Origin: Candidatus Poribacteria bacterium
GTDB taxonomy: Bacteria > Poribacteria > WGA-4E > PCPOR2b
Length of the DNA stretch: 64,000 nucleotides
Reading direction: 5' to 3'
Assembly (NCBI GenBank): GCA_965198175.1
Contig: OZ240245.1
Span: forward strand, 3,552,001 to 3,616,000
Shown: positions 10,947 to 20,932 of the stretch, piece by piece
How positions within the stretch are numbered: position 1 is the first letter of the stretch
Layout: every line of letters begins with the position of its first letter
Translations under genes and position numbers: made by a program
Notes under the pieces: generated by a model
The model's input: only the letters and a program-made list of their open reading frames with translations
Databases searched by the model: none
What the model was told of the DNA's origin: nothing

Positions 10947-11010
10947 TCGACCAGAATGACACCACATGCAGCATTTTGCAGGACACCGGTTTTCAATAAA
11001 GAGGAATTCT

Positions 11011-12057
11011 ATGCCTGTTGTTCAACATACGGTTCTCAGGAAGTTTGTATATGATATGTACATTGCCGCCGGCGGCGTTGAGGAAGACGCCCGAATAGTC
11101 AGCGACCACGTTGTGGATTCTAATCTGACAGGGCATGACTCACACGGCGTCATCAATGCTCCGAATTATGTCAATGGCATGATAGGTGGACCATCAGCGA
11201 ACAAGTTGGGGATAGTTCGTGAGACCCCAGCGAGTGCCGTAATTGATGCAGACGGGGCGCTTGGAATGGTTGCGGCGTGTAAGGGGATGGAACTGGCAAT
11301 TCAAAAAGCAGGAACAAATACGATTGGTGTGGTAGGGCTACACCACTGCGGCCACGCTGGACGGATGGGAGATTACCCCCCACGAGCTGTGATGGAAGGG
11401 ATGCTTGGTATTGTTCTGCTCAATGGTGGTGGTCAACTGATGCACCCGTTTGGAGGTTCCGCACGGCGATTGCCTCCGAATCCGATCGCAATTGCTGTTC
11501 CACGCAAACACGGTGAACCGCTAGTACTCGATATGACAACTACTGTTGTGGCGGGCGGCAAGATTCTCCTCAGGGCGGCACGGAATGAGAACATGCCAGA
11601 GGGCTGGATGATTGATCGAGAAGGAAAGCCGGTAACTGATCCAACTGTGCTGAAGGGGAATCCGGACGATTCAGCGATTATGCCACTTGGCGGGTTCCAA
11701 TTCGGACACAAAGGCTTTGGCTTGGGATTCATGATTGATGCCATTGCGGGAGGACTCTCCTGGGCGGGGTGTAGCCAAGCTAGTCCGACACGTGGCGCCA
11801 GTGGAATCGTCATGATTGCCATCCGAATAGAAGACTTTATCGATCTCGAAGTATATCAGCAGGAAATAGAGGCTCTTATTGAATGGGTGAAATCGTCCCC
11901 AGCCTTGCCTGGCGTTGAAGAAATTTATGTTCCCGGCGAATTCGAGATTCGCAATCGGGAAAAACGGTTAAAAGCGGGAATCCCAATTGAAGAAAAAACG
12001 TGGAACGAACTGGTTAAAACAGCAACTTCCTTCGGTGTTCCAGCACCACGGCTATAA
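11011..12057 (+). CDS. Ldh_2 family (malate/L-lactate/ureidoglycolate-type) oxidoreductase
   Basis: GHDSHG, HAGRMGDY, NPIAIAVP, LDMTTT, HKGFGL and IYVPGEFE motifs. GAGG RBS before ATG 11011. Confidence 0.9.
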   Translation: MPVVQHTVLRKFVYDMYIAAGGVEEDARIVSDHVVDSNLTGHDSHGVINAPNYVNGMIGGPSANKLGIVRETPASAVIDADGALGMVAACKGMELAIQKAGTNTIGVVGLHHCGHAGRMGDYPPRAVMEGMLGIVLLNGGGQLMHPFGGSARRLPPNPIAIAVPRKHGEPLVLDMTTTVVAGGKILLRAARNENMPEGWMIDREGKPVTDPTVLKGNPDDSAIMPLGGFQFGHKGFGLGFMIDAIAGGLSWAGCSQASPTRGASGIVMIAIRIEDFIDLEVYQQEIEALIEWVKSSPALPGVEEIYVPGEFEIRNREKRLKAGIPIEEKTWNELVKTATSFGVPAPRL

Positions 12058-12196
12058 ATGGGACTTGGAAAGTTGACGCCAATATGGTAGAATTAGAGCA
12101 GCGGTGAGAGTTTATTTGATAGATCAATGCTGGTCCCCAATTTCTGAGGCAAGAGTTGGAAACATAAAGGAAAAGGTCAGGAGGTCGTGAAATCTG

Positions 12197-13365
12197 ATGA
12201 AATTTGATAAGATGTTTCATTGGGTAGTTGTATTTACCTTCATGCTAGCGTGGGGATGCAGAATCGTGTTTTCGCAGCAACCGGGGCCCCCGGCAAACGT
12301 CAACGCATTTGATACCCCAAACGATGATGGCGCGAGTGTTACCATCACATGGGACAAGTCTCCTGACGACGGCGCCGGTGCAAAAAGCGTCACCGGGTAC
12401 AACATACTCCGCAAGTCACCAGACGCGGAGTTTGAGGTGATTACAAAATTTCCTCTCAAAGCGGGGGAAACACGTTACGTTGACAAGAACGCCAAAGACG
12501 GTCCCGCCTACGCATATATCGTGCAAGCTATCACCGCAACCGAGTCAACATCGGATTCCATGGCGACAGCCCCTGTTAAAGCCGTTGGAAACTGGTTCCA
12601 CACCGGAAAAAAGTGGATCTTCCTCGCGCTCACTCTGTTTTCGGTTGTTGTGGTTTACTCTATCTACCATGCGCGACGTGGAAAAGAGATATTCATCCGT
12701 CGCATCCCCGGGCTTGAAGCGGTAGATGAGGCAATCGGCAGATCGACCGAGATGGGACGTCCTATTCTGTATGTCTTGGGCTTGGGAGGTGTGAGTGATG
12801 TTGCAACAATTGCAAGTATGAACATTCTCAGTCAAGTTGCGCGGAAAACCGCTGACTACGAAATGCCATTGCGGGTTCCGTGCAACGATCCGATTGTATT
12901 GAATGTTGTACGCGAGATGGTGAGAACCGCTTATGTTAACGAGGGCGCCCGGATGCGTATCAGGAGGATGACATCTTTTTCCTTACTGATAGTCAGTTCG
13001 CTTATGCTGCCGGCGTTGATGGGATGATAATTCGTGAGAAACCCGCTGCGATATTCATGCAAGGTACGTTCTATGCTGAATCGCTAATTCTCGCCGAAAC
13101 TGGAAATTCCGTCGGTGCGATTCAAATTGCCGGCACTGACTCTGACTCACAACTCCCGTTTTTTATCGCTGCCTGTGATTACACGTTAATCGGGGAAGAA
13201 TTGTACGCCGCGAGTGCGTACTTGTCCCGCGAACCGATGTTGATTGGAAGTTTAAGAGGACAGGATTATGGAAAGTTGATAATCTTCGGCGCCCTAATCA
13301 TTGGTGTCATTTTCGAACTTTTCGGGATAACCTGGATGACCACATTCTTTCAGCGAGTCGGATAG
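12197..13365 (+). pseudogene. Signal peptide + FN3-like domain + DUF6754-like membrane protein, split by a 1-nt frameshift at about 12943-12950 (real lesion or sequencing error)
   Basis: Adding one G in GAGGGCGCCC joins ORFs 12197-13027 and 13024-13365 as ...NEGRPDAYQEDDIFFLTDSQFAYAAGVDGMIIREKPAA... (389 aa). FN3-like segment AFDTPNDDGASVTITWDKS..GYNILR..YAYIVQA. IRRIPGLEAVDEAIGRSTEMGRP and LPFFIAACDYTLIGEELYAASAY match the DUF6754-type domain as I recall it. Confidence 0.8.
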
Positions 13366-13431
13366 GGTTCGCCGAATTCACGATTGCGCAATCCGCTTTA
13401 TTATGTTGTACGTTTACGACCTGGAGGTGCT

Positions 13432-14076
13432 ATGAGAAGACAAGTTCCGTTAGCACTATGCTTCATTTTTGGTCTCGTGATGATGCTCGTCGAGTTTAGT
13501 CCACACCCCTTATCTCAAGGAATCAGGAAAGAGATTATCGACTGGGCGCTAATCATAGGGCCATTTGCACTCGTGTTAGCAGTTGCAACCCTTGTGCACA
13601 CACACTGGACACGTATACGACGCCGCGCCGAATATTGGCATTACAGTTATCTGGTTTTTATCGGAATGACTGTCATGGTCGTGATTGGTGTCCCCTTTGG
13701 ACCCCGTCATCCAGCATTTGTGTGGATGTTCGAGAACGTCCAAGTGCCAATGGATGCAACGATGTTTTCGCTTCTCGCATTCATCATTGCCTCTGCCGCT
13801 TATCGCGCCTTCCGGGCACGCACATTTGAGGCGACCTTGCTCCTTGTAGCCGCGTTGATTGTAATGATTGGGAATGTGCCCGTCGGCGATTTTATCTGGA
13901 ATAAGCTGATTCCAATCGGGGATAATCTGCCGTCCACTGCGCGGCAGTGGATTTTGGACAATCCAAACCTCTCATCGCGTCGAGGAATCATACTTGGCGT
14001 CAGCCTCGGCGTTATTTCTCAATCTATCCGTATCATTTTGGGAATTGAGCGCTCCTATCTTGGTGGAGGAGATTAA
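13432..14076 (+). CDS. Uncharacterised polytopic membrane protein (gene 2 of the DUF6754 cluster)
   Basis: GGAGG RBS; about 6 TM segments; ATMFSLLAFIIASAAYRAFRAR; C-terminal RIILGIERSYLGG. Confidence 0.8.
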   Translation: MRRQVPLALCFIFGLVMMLVEFSPHPLSQGIRKEIIDWALIIGPFALVLAVATLVHTHWTRIRRRAEYWHYSYLVFIGMTVMVVIGVPFGPRHPAFVWMFENVQVPMDATMFSLLAFIIASAAYRAFRARTFEATLLLVAALIVMIGNVPVGDFIWNKLIPIGDNLPSTARQWILDNPNLSSRRGIILGVSLGVISQSIRIILGIERSYLGGGD

Positions 14077-14081
14077 GAGCG

Positions 14082-14897
14082 ATGCTTGAAAGATTGATGA
14101 ACATCGATCGACGAATCATCTTTATTCTGGTTGCACTCGCGGTAATCATTCCAACATTCTTGAAGGTCAGTTTCCCCATTACAGTCTCCGATCCGACACA
14201 TAGCATCTACGACTATATTGAGAGCCTTCCACCAAAGTCCACTGTTATGATCGGGTTCAACTATGGACCATCATCGCTAGCCGAGTTGGAACCAATGGCA
14301 GTCGCTGTCCTGCGCCACTGTTTTGAGAAAGAGCTTCGAGTCATCGGCATGACTCTTTTTAACGTTGGAGCAACATTGGGAGATGAAGTTATGAAAGACA
14401 TCGCGGAAGAAATGGGCGCAGTAAATGGTGAAGATTATGTGTACCTAGGATTTCGACCCGGCACGGTACAAGCTCTCCTCGGCATGGGCGCTTCAATCGA
14501 AAGCGTTTACGAAAGCGACTATACCAAGACGCCGTTGGCTGAAATCCCCATGATGGCTGACATCAAGAACTACGATCAGATAGACCTAGTTTTAGATTTA
14601 GCCTCATCTGCAACACCGGCATGGTGGATTACTTACACGAACACGCGCTACAACCAACAGATTGCCGCGGGTGTGACAGGCGTGATGGTATCGGAGTTGT
14701 ATCCGTATCTCCAAACAAAGCAGTTGGTCGGACTGATGCCAGGACTTTTAGGGGCTGCGGAGTACGAAAAGCTGATTAACATCCCTGAGAAAGGAACAGC
14801 AGGAATGAGCGTCCAATCTTTCGTTCACCTGCTAATCGTCGCATTAGTTATTTTTGGCAATATCGCCTTTTTTGTTCGTGGACGTAAAGGGCAATGA
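14082..14897 (+). CDS. Uncharacterised membrane-anchored protein (gene 3 of the DUF6754 cluster)
   Basis: N-terminal TM (IDRRIIFILV), soluble alpha/beta region (YGPSSLAELEPM, GEDYVYLGF, GLLGAAEYE) and C-terminal TM. Confidence 0.8.
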   Translation: MLERLMNIDRRIIFILVALAVIIPTFLKVSFPITVSDPTHSIYDYIESLPPKSTVMIGFNYGPSSLAELEPMAVAVLRHCFEKELRVIGMTLFNVGATLGDEVMKDIAEEMGAVNGEDYVYLGFRPGTVQALLGMGASIESVYESDYTKTPLAEIPMMADIKNYDQIDLVLDLASSATPAWWITYTNTRYNQQIAAGVTGVMVSELYPYLQTKQLVGLMPGLLGAAEYEKLINIPEKGTAGMSVQSFVHLLIVALVIFGNIAFFVRGRKGQ

Positions 14898-14913
14898 AAC
14901 TGGAGGGTTGCAA

Positions 14914-15579
14914 ATGGAATTAATTGGTGTTTGGGTGGCTGCATTTCTCACGCTTTGCATCTACAGTTTTCTTTACCGAGATAATCCATTTTATCGATTT
15001 GCCGAACATCTATTCCTCGGGGTATCGGTTGGCTACGGATTCGTACTGTCAATCCACAATGGCCTGATTCCCTTTGCATGGGATCCATTCTGGAAGGCGG
15101 TGACAGAGCGAGAACTGGCAGGCTTGCTGAAACTCATCCCGATTGCAATCGGTCTGTTGTTCTTTGCACGTCTCATGCCGAAATACGTCTGGATTATTCG
15201 CTATCCGACTGCCATTCTCATCGGTGTAGGTTCGGGTTTAGCAATCCCTAATGTAATGGATGCAAATATCTTTCGCCAACTACATGGAACGCTTGAGCCG
15301 TTCGCACAGATTCATGCCGGCAAACTAAGTCTGTTTGAAATATTTGGTGCAATCCTTATATTTGTCGGTGTCATTGCCACACTGACCTACTTTTTCTTCT
15401 CAGTCGAGCATCGTGGTGTTGTCGGTGGAATTTCGAAGATTGGGATTGTTTTCTTGATGGTCGGCTTCGGTTCTGCGTTCGGCAACACAGTGATGGGCCG
15501 TGTTTCGCTGTTAATTCAACGCGTTGATTTTTTAGTGAATGATTGGATAGGGTATACTATTCAATACCTTCCGTTCTAA
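14914..15579 (+). CDS. Uncharacterised polytopic membrane protein (gene 4 of the DUF6754 cluster)
   Basis: GGAGG RBS; SFLYRDNPFYRFAEHLFLGVSVGY; FLMVGFGSAFGNTVMGRVSLLI; about 6 TM segments. Confidence 0.8.
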   Translation: MELIGVWVAAFLTLCIYSFLYRDNPFYRFAEHLFLGVSVGYGFVLSIHNGLIPFAWDPFWKAVTERELAGLLKLIPIAIGLLFFARLMPKYVWIIRYPTAILIGVGSGLAIPNVMDANIFRQLHGTLEPFAQIHAGKLSLFEIFGAILIFVGVIATLTYFFFSVEHRGVVGGISKIGIVFLMVGFGSAFGNTVMGRVSLLIQRVDFLVNDWIGYTIQYLPF

Positions 15580-15611
15580 ATGCTCGGTACGCCCTGCAAC
15601 CTATCGAAGGC

Positions 15612-16502
15612 TCACGCTGTCGAAATAAGGAACACTCCAACAACCATCACCCCGGCTGCGGCGAATCTCAGTTTCGCATGGGATTCCTTCAACACATAGG
15701 TTCCTAACAGCACCGCAAAAATCACGGAACACTGCCGGATTGCGACGACATAACTCACTTTTTGCGTGATAAATGCAAAAAGAATCAGTGTGTAAGAAAT
15801 GAGTATCAACCACCCTGCCACAATAATTCTCTTCCACTCTCGCCGCGCAACATCCGTGATTTCCCGCTTCGGAAAACGAAGAAGGGTGGAAATGCCGTAC
15901 AATACGATCGAAATAGCACCTTGGGTCAAATAGTAGCTAACGGCTTGCCAAGCAGCGAGTTGCGTTGAGGGGGCATGAAATTCGGACATGCCCTTTTTAT
16001 CAATCAGCGAATAGATGATTACCGTGCAAAGCGTTGAAAACGCCCAGGTTGCATCTTGTTGTTTGGTCCGCCGGATGAGTTCCTTAAACCGCAGTCCGTC
16101 TCCCTGTTGCTGGAGCAGGTAAATCGAGAATACTATGCAGAGGATACCTATTAGACCTTGGACTGAGATTGCCTCCTGCAAAAACAAAAATGCGAATAGG
16201 GGTATAAATCCGGGCGCAGATCGGGCGATTGGGTAGACATAGGAGATATCGCCTGACGAGTAGGCTTGGCTCAAGGAAAACCAGTACGCAGAATGAACCA
16301 AGCCGGATGCCACGACATAGATCCAAACGGTTGGGTGAATAATCGGCAGTCGAATTGCGAAGATGATGATTGCAATTGCCGCCGTAAATGCGCCTACCCA
16401 AAAGAAGAAGATTTGCGGTGAACGGCTGGCTTTACTGTAGCAGTTCCACAAGGCGTGGAGGCACGCAGAAAGTACAACAAGAAGAAGAAAAGTTGGGGTC
16501 AT
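15612..16502 (-). CDS. DMT/EamA family transporter
   Basis: SACLHALWN, AYSSGDISYVYPIARS and YVVAIRQCSVIFAVLLG motifs; about 10 TM segments. Confidence 0.88.
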   Translation of the reverse strand: MTPTFLLLVVLSACLHALWNCYSKASRSPQIFFFWVGAFTAAIAIIIFAIRLPIIHPTVWIYVVASGLVHSAYWFSLSQAYSSGDISYVYPIARSAPGFIPLFAFLFLQEAISVQGLIGILCIVFSIYLLQQQGDGLRFKELIRRTKQQDATWAFSTLCTVIIYSLIDKKGMSEFHAPSTQLAAWQAVSYYLTQGAISIVLYGISTLLRFPKREITDVARREWKRIIVAGWLILISYTLILFAFITQKVSYVVAIRQCSVIFAVLLGTYVLKESHAKLRFAAAGVMVVGVFLISTA

Positions 16503-16996
16503 CGGCTATCCGCGTCGTACTCCTCGCGAGTAAACGTACCACTTTTGCCACCTGCTTTTTTGATTAACCGAATATCGGAGATAACCATCTCCCGATCGAC
16601 CGCTTTACACATGTCATAGATGGTCAAGCCTGCAACAGAAACGGCGGTCAAAGATTCCATTTCCACCCCTGTTCGCCCGACGGTTCGTACTTCAGCCTCA
16701 ATTTCGACCCGGCATTCCGCTTCGTTGATTGACAGATCCACTTTGACAGCGGTCAGTGGAATCGGATGGCAGAGCGGAATTAGATCGCCGGTGCGCTTGG
16801 CGCTCGTGATGCCCGCGAGTCGAGCTGTCTCAAGGACATCCCCTTTTGCAAAACTACGTTCAGCGATCAAACGGATTGTTTCCGGTTTGGCGGATACATG
16901 TCCCCGTGCCACCGCAACCCGCAGTGTTTCTGATTTCGGGGTGATATCGACCATTCGAGCGTGTCCTTTTTCGTCAAAATGAGTCAGTGTGTCCAT
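16499..16996 (-). CDS. moaC: Cyclic pyranopterin monophosphate synthase MoaC
   Basis: LTHFDEKGHARMVDI, KGDVL, LIPLCHP, TGVEME, YDMCKAVD and KAGGKSG. Confidence 0.97.
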   Translation of the reverse strand: MDTLTHFDEKGHARMVDITPKSETLRVAVARGHVSAKPETIRLIAERSFAKGDVLETARLAGITSAKRTGDLIPLCHPIPLTAVKVDLSINEAECRVEIEAEVRTVGRTGVEMESLTAVSVAGLTIYDMCKAVDREMVISDIRLIKKAGGKSGTFTREEYDADSR

Positions 16997-17090
16997 AGGT
17001 GTATTACGTATTCAGTAGAGATTGACTGCTGGAAACTATGCTGTGTTGAATTGAATCGTTCTCACCATCATCAACAACGCCTGTTGCCCA

Positions 17091-17852
17091 CTACCAGGCT
17101 GCAAAATCTTTGAGACAAGCAACCATCTCATTGACGATGGCATTCAGTAAGGACTCCCCCTTTTCAGGCGTTGCATGTTGCGGTTTACCCATTGCTCCAG
17201 TTGGCGTCCGCGTAGCCATCCGTTTGCCGACATTGATGCGTCCTCCGTGTTCGCTGTGGAAAAACGGCGAATCGATTAACGGGGGACTCGCCTTGACTCG
17301 ATCCATTCGCATGATTTCGCCATGTAGCAACAACATCATCGAAGTTTCATATTCGCAAGCGTGCGATAGCTGTTTGGTCTGCATGCCGTGATGCGCGGGC
17401 GATATCGCTGGTGCAGCTACGGTCCAATAAGACGACAATGCTATCCACATCTTATTGTAAACGTCCGACTCGTTTGTAAGTTCTGTGATTGCTTGTGTGC
17501 CAGGGGTGACATTGCCCCCGTGACCGTTAAGAAAGAAAAGACGGCGAAAGCCCGCTTTGGCAATTGACCTCACGATGTTTTTGATTGTAGCGGTGTAGAT
17601 GCTGTTGGTAACGCTTACAGTGCCGGGTAGGTCTAAATGATGATCCGAGGCACCGAGCCACAGCGTCGGCAGCATATAGATTTGCTCACTGAGACGCTGC
17701 TCCACGCGTTCCGCAACTGCCGTCACAAGATACGTGTCAGTCAAAAGCGGAGAATGGTGACCATGTTGTTCCATCGATCCGAGCGGGACCACGACAACAT
17801 TGTTTTTGTCTGTTTGATGGATGTCAACCCAGCAATTGTCTCCAAATTTCAT
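17091..17852 (-). CDS. Creatininase family protein
   Basis: PLGSMEQHG, GASDHH, LNGHGGN and HACEYETS. Confidence 0.9.
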   Translation of the reverse strand: MKFGDNCWVDIHQTDKNNVVVVPLGSMEQHGHHSPLLTDTYLVTAVAERVEQRLSEQIYMLPTLWLGASDHHLDLPGTVSVTNSIYTATIKNIVRSIAKAGFRRLFFLNGHGGNVTPGTQAITELTNESDVYNKMWIALSSYWTVAAPAISPAHHGMQTKQLSHACEYETSMMLLLHGEIMRMDRVKASPPLIDSPFFHSEHGGRINVGKRMATRTPTGAMGKPQHATPEKGESLLNAIVNEMVACLKDFAAW

Positions 17853-18038
17853 ATGAACCTCTTGATATTAAATTTCTTGCATTTTTGTTCGTAAAATGTT
17901 ATCTTTTAACCTATTGCTCGCAATCCCAATTCTGGGCAATCTGTTCTTGACCTCTTGAGGGATATTTGTCTACAACCATCAATTTGCATTGAGAGGCTCT
18001 CAAGACAACATCAATTGAAAGGAGAGGAAATCTTCCTT

Positions 18039-18383
18039 ATGCCAACGAAATCCTTAACCATTCGTGAAGACTCAGACGTAATAATCGTTGATGTCAACAC
18101 AGACCTTGGAAGCTATGAGGCTGCTGAACTACGTAGAGGGCTTCAAGACTTAATCGGCCAGCAAGCTGAGAAAATTATTGTAAATTTGAACGGTGTGCAA
18201 CATATCAATAGTACCGCTGTTGGCGCCCTGGTTGGCGTTGCAAAGCGACTACGTCAGAAGAGTGGGGATCTTAAGGTTTACGGAACCGCCGATCATATCA
18301 AAAGGACTTTTGACCTGATAGGTGCCTCCAGAGTGCTTGAACTTTATGAATCGGAGACCAGCGCGCTTGCTGGCTTCAAATAG
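18039..18383 (+). CDS. STAS-domain anti-sigma-factor antagonist (RsbV/SpoIIAA-like)
   Basis: IIVNLNGVQHINSTAVGALV contains the conserved Ser region; GDLKVYG...IKRTFDLIG. AGGAG-like RBS upstream. Confidence 0.88.
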   Translation: MPTKSLTIREDSDVIIVDVNTDLGSYEAAELRRGLQDLIGQQAEKIIVNLNGVQHINSTAVGALVGVAKRLRQKSGDLKVYGTADHIKRTFDLIGASRVLELYESETSALAGFK

Positions 18384-18553
18384 TGCTTCTGCTGGCCTCC
18401 AAATTTACTTTGAAACGAGCACGAGGCGGTAGTTTCCCACGGATTGATTTGGCTTCCACCTTTGTCAAGAAAGCGTTTGAAACATTTGGTCTAGGGCTTA
18501 GCACAGAGGCAACCCTTCTACGCCAAGCCTCCCTTGTATACCTACCATTCTGA
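18383..18553 (+). pseudogene. 56-codon ORF resembling the C-terminal half of a STAS domain
   Basis: GTG overlaps the STAS stop codon (TAGTG). Translation VLLLASKFTLKRARGGSFPRIDLASTFVKKAFETFGLGLS... parallels RLRQKSGDLKVYGTADHIKRTFDLIG of the upstream STAS protein. Confidence 0.35.
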
Positions 18554-18576
18554 AAATGGCTCAAGGACAAGAATAA

Positions 18577-19032
18577 ATGCAAGAGTTAATTGAATTCAAG
18601 ATGCCCAGTCACCTCTTGTATGTGAGTTCTATTCTCGCATTTGCCAGGCGATTGGCTCAACAGATTGGTTTCTCCCAGACACGCATGAACGACATTACAT
18701 CGGTTCTTGATGAAGTTTGCAGTAATGCGATTGAACACGGATCTCGCAACGCGACCTCACGGATTGAATTGACATTTTTTTGCGATTCCAGCCAGTTAGA
18801 AGTTTTGGTTCGTGACAAAGGGCAAGAAACGCAGAACAACTGGCTTATCATAGGATGGGTTAATAAACTTCTCCAAGAAAGAACGCCCGGTAGCGAACGC
18901 GGTCACGGCATTTATCTTGCGAGAAAACTTTCAGACCACATGGAGATGCAGCCTAATTCTCACGGAGGAACCGATGTTCGTGTCACCTTTGCGCTTCTAG
19001 TTATACCTGAATCCGTGTATCACACCGTGTGA
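18577..19032 (+). CDS. Anti-sigma factor Ser kinase (RsbW/SpoIIAB-like, HATPase_c_2)
   Basis: N-box LDEVCSNAIEHG, VRDKG, G2 box ERGHGIYL, and GGTDVRVTF. Confidence 0.88.
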   Translation: MQELIEFKMPSHLLYVSSILAFARRLAQQIGFSQTRMNDITSVLDEVCSNAIEHGSRNATSRIELTFFCDSSQLEVLVRDKGQETQNNWLIIGWVNKLLQERTPGSERGHGIYLARKLSDHMEMQPNSHGGTDVRVTFALLVIPESVYHTV

Positions 19033-19153
19033 TTTGATAGCGGACCGTGAATTTCTTCATGGGATGCATCGAAGAGGAACTTAGTTTCATTTCACAGGAG
19101 AAAATCCCCTTTATTGCGTTCTAGAATCTGAGCATTTCTAACTCCCCCATCAT

Positions 19154-20329
19154 TCACCCGCTCACATCCATCGCGACGATTGTAATGTCATCCTCCCTCG
19201 GTATTGCCTCGCTGAATTTATCGATTGCTTGCACGACACTATCAACAAGAACTGTTGCAGACTGCGAGATCTGTTCATCGAGAACTTCCCGTAGGCGTTC
19301 TGGGCTAAATTCCTCTCCCTGGGAATTTTGAAGTTCATAAGCACCATCGGTATACAGAAACAACCCATCCGAAGGACTGAAAGGGACGTGAAATGTCTGA
19401 TAGATTGAATCGGGCAGGAACCCCAACCCTTCACCAATGGATTGGTTTCCAACGGGTTCACAAACGCCTTGTCCTCGGCGTATCAGAAAGGGAAAGGGAT
19501 GTCCCGCATTTGCCCAGCGAAGCGTTTGATCGAATTGATCTATAACGGCACAGAACGCGGTAGCAAACATAGACAATTCTGAGCTGATTAATTTGTCGAA
19601 ACGAGTGTTTAACGCTTCGAGTATTTGTCCGGGATCATCGGTCTGTTCTCTCATTTCCTCGACAATGGTCTTGATGAATACGGTAACGAAAGCGGCAGGC
19701 ACACCATGTCCCATCACATCAGATATTAGAACCCCCAATTGTCCAGGTCCAACCTCCCACAGATCGAAGAAATCCCCTCCCACGGCAATCTCGGGGGTAT
19801 AGTGTGAGACAATTCGAAATCCTGCTAAATCTGTGATTCCCTGAGGCATCAGGCTCGCCTGCACCTCTTGCGCCATCTGTAATTCCATATCCAAGCGGGT
19901 ATTGTGTTCTGCGAGCTCTTGGTTGGCTTGTGTGAGTGCGTCGTGGTATTGTTTGACACGCAACAGCGAGCGCGCACGGGCAATGATTTCGTAACTGTCA
20001 AACGGCTTAGAGATAAAATCGTCCGCTCCCACCTCAATCGCTTTGATTCGGTCTTGAGCTTCCGTAAGTGCGGTTACCATTACAATTGGGACGAATTGGG
20101 TGTCTTCATCCGCACGAATCCGTTGACAGACCTCAAAGCCATTCATCCGCGGCATCATGATATCCAGCAGAATCAGATCCGGAGGGCCTGCCTTAACCCG
20201 CTCCAGTGCCTCTTGTCCCTGAGTTGCGGTGATAACGGTGTATCCTTTTGCCTCAAGTAGGATTTGAAGCACTCGGATATTTCTGGGTTCATCGTCAACA
20301 ACGAGAATTTTGGGACTAGGCTCATTCAT
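19154..20329 (-). CDS. Response regulator receiver + PP2C (SpoIIE-type) phosphatase
   Basis: ILVVDD, DLILLDIMMP and ADDFISKP (REC); coiled coil; GGDFFD, SDVMGHG, YTDG and DDIT (PP2C). Confidence 0.93.
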   Translation of the reverse strand: MNEPSPKILVVDDEPRNIRVLQILLEAKGYTVITATQGQEALERVKAGPPDLILLDIMMPRMNGFEVCQRIRADEDTQFVPIVMVTALTEAQDRIKAIEVGADDFISKPFDSYEIIARARSLLRVKQYHDALTQANQELAEHNTRLDMELQMAQEVQASLMPQGITDLAGFRIVSHYTPEIAVGGDFFDLWEVGPGQLGVLISDVMGHGVPAAFVTVFIKTIVEEMREQTDDPGQILEALNTRFDKLISSELSMFATAFCAVIDQFDQTLRWANAGHPFPFLIRRGQGVCEPVGNQSIGEGLGFLPDSIYQTFHVPFSPSDGLFLYTDGAYELQNSQGEEFSPERLREVLDEQISQSATVLVDSVVQAIDKFSEAIPREDDITIVAMDVSG

Positions 20330-20333
20330 TGTT

Positions 20334-20711
20334 CTAAACTTCCTCCGAGAGATAACGATCCACTAACTCAGCAAGGGCGTGTGTATCAATCGGTTTGCTG
20401 ATATAATCGTCACAGCCTGCGTTAAGAAATTGCTCTCGATCGCCTATCATTGCCGCAGCAGTCAACGCAATGATTGGCACATGACACCATTGTGGGTTGG
20501 CTTTAATCTGGCGTGTCAAATCTTCCCCACTTATTCCTGGAAGAGCGATATCCATCAGAATCAAATCGGGGATCTCGGCTCGTAATACCTCAAGAGCCTC
20601 CTCCGCACGCGCGGCTTCAATCAATTCATGGCCTCTTGCTTGCAAGATTATTCGCACGAGCTTACGGTTCATCTCAACGTCTTCGACTACTAAAACGCGC
20701 TTGGCACTCAT
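20334..20711 (-). CDS. Single-domain response regulator (DivK-like)
   Basis: VLVVED, DLILMDIALP, IIALTA and GCDDYISKP. Confidence 0.93.
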   Translation of the reverse strand: MSAKRVLVVEDVEMNRKLVRIILQARGHELIEAARAEEALEVLRAEIPDLILMDIALPGISGEDLTRQIKANPQWCHVPIIALTAAAMIGDREQFLNAGCDDYISKPIDTHALAELVDRYLSEEV

Positions 20712-20932
20712 GAGCTGGGCCCCTCGTTCCCATTCGTTGCGTCGTTATTGGACCGGGTATTCGACAACGATCGATTTATTGAATGTTCACTACCAAGTTT
20801 GTTTTGACACCGCTCGTTTTCTGAATAATCATCAGAACCCAAAGGCGGCGCCGTTCCTTTGTCATCTTCGTCAACCAAAACGGAACCACCGCTGGAATTC
20901 GATTGTGAGGCTTCGACAGTCGAAAGCTTTGG

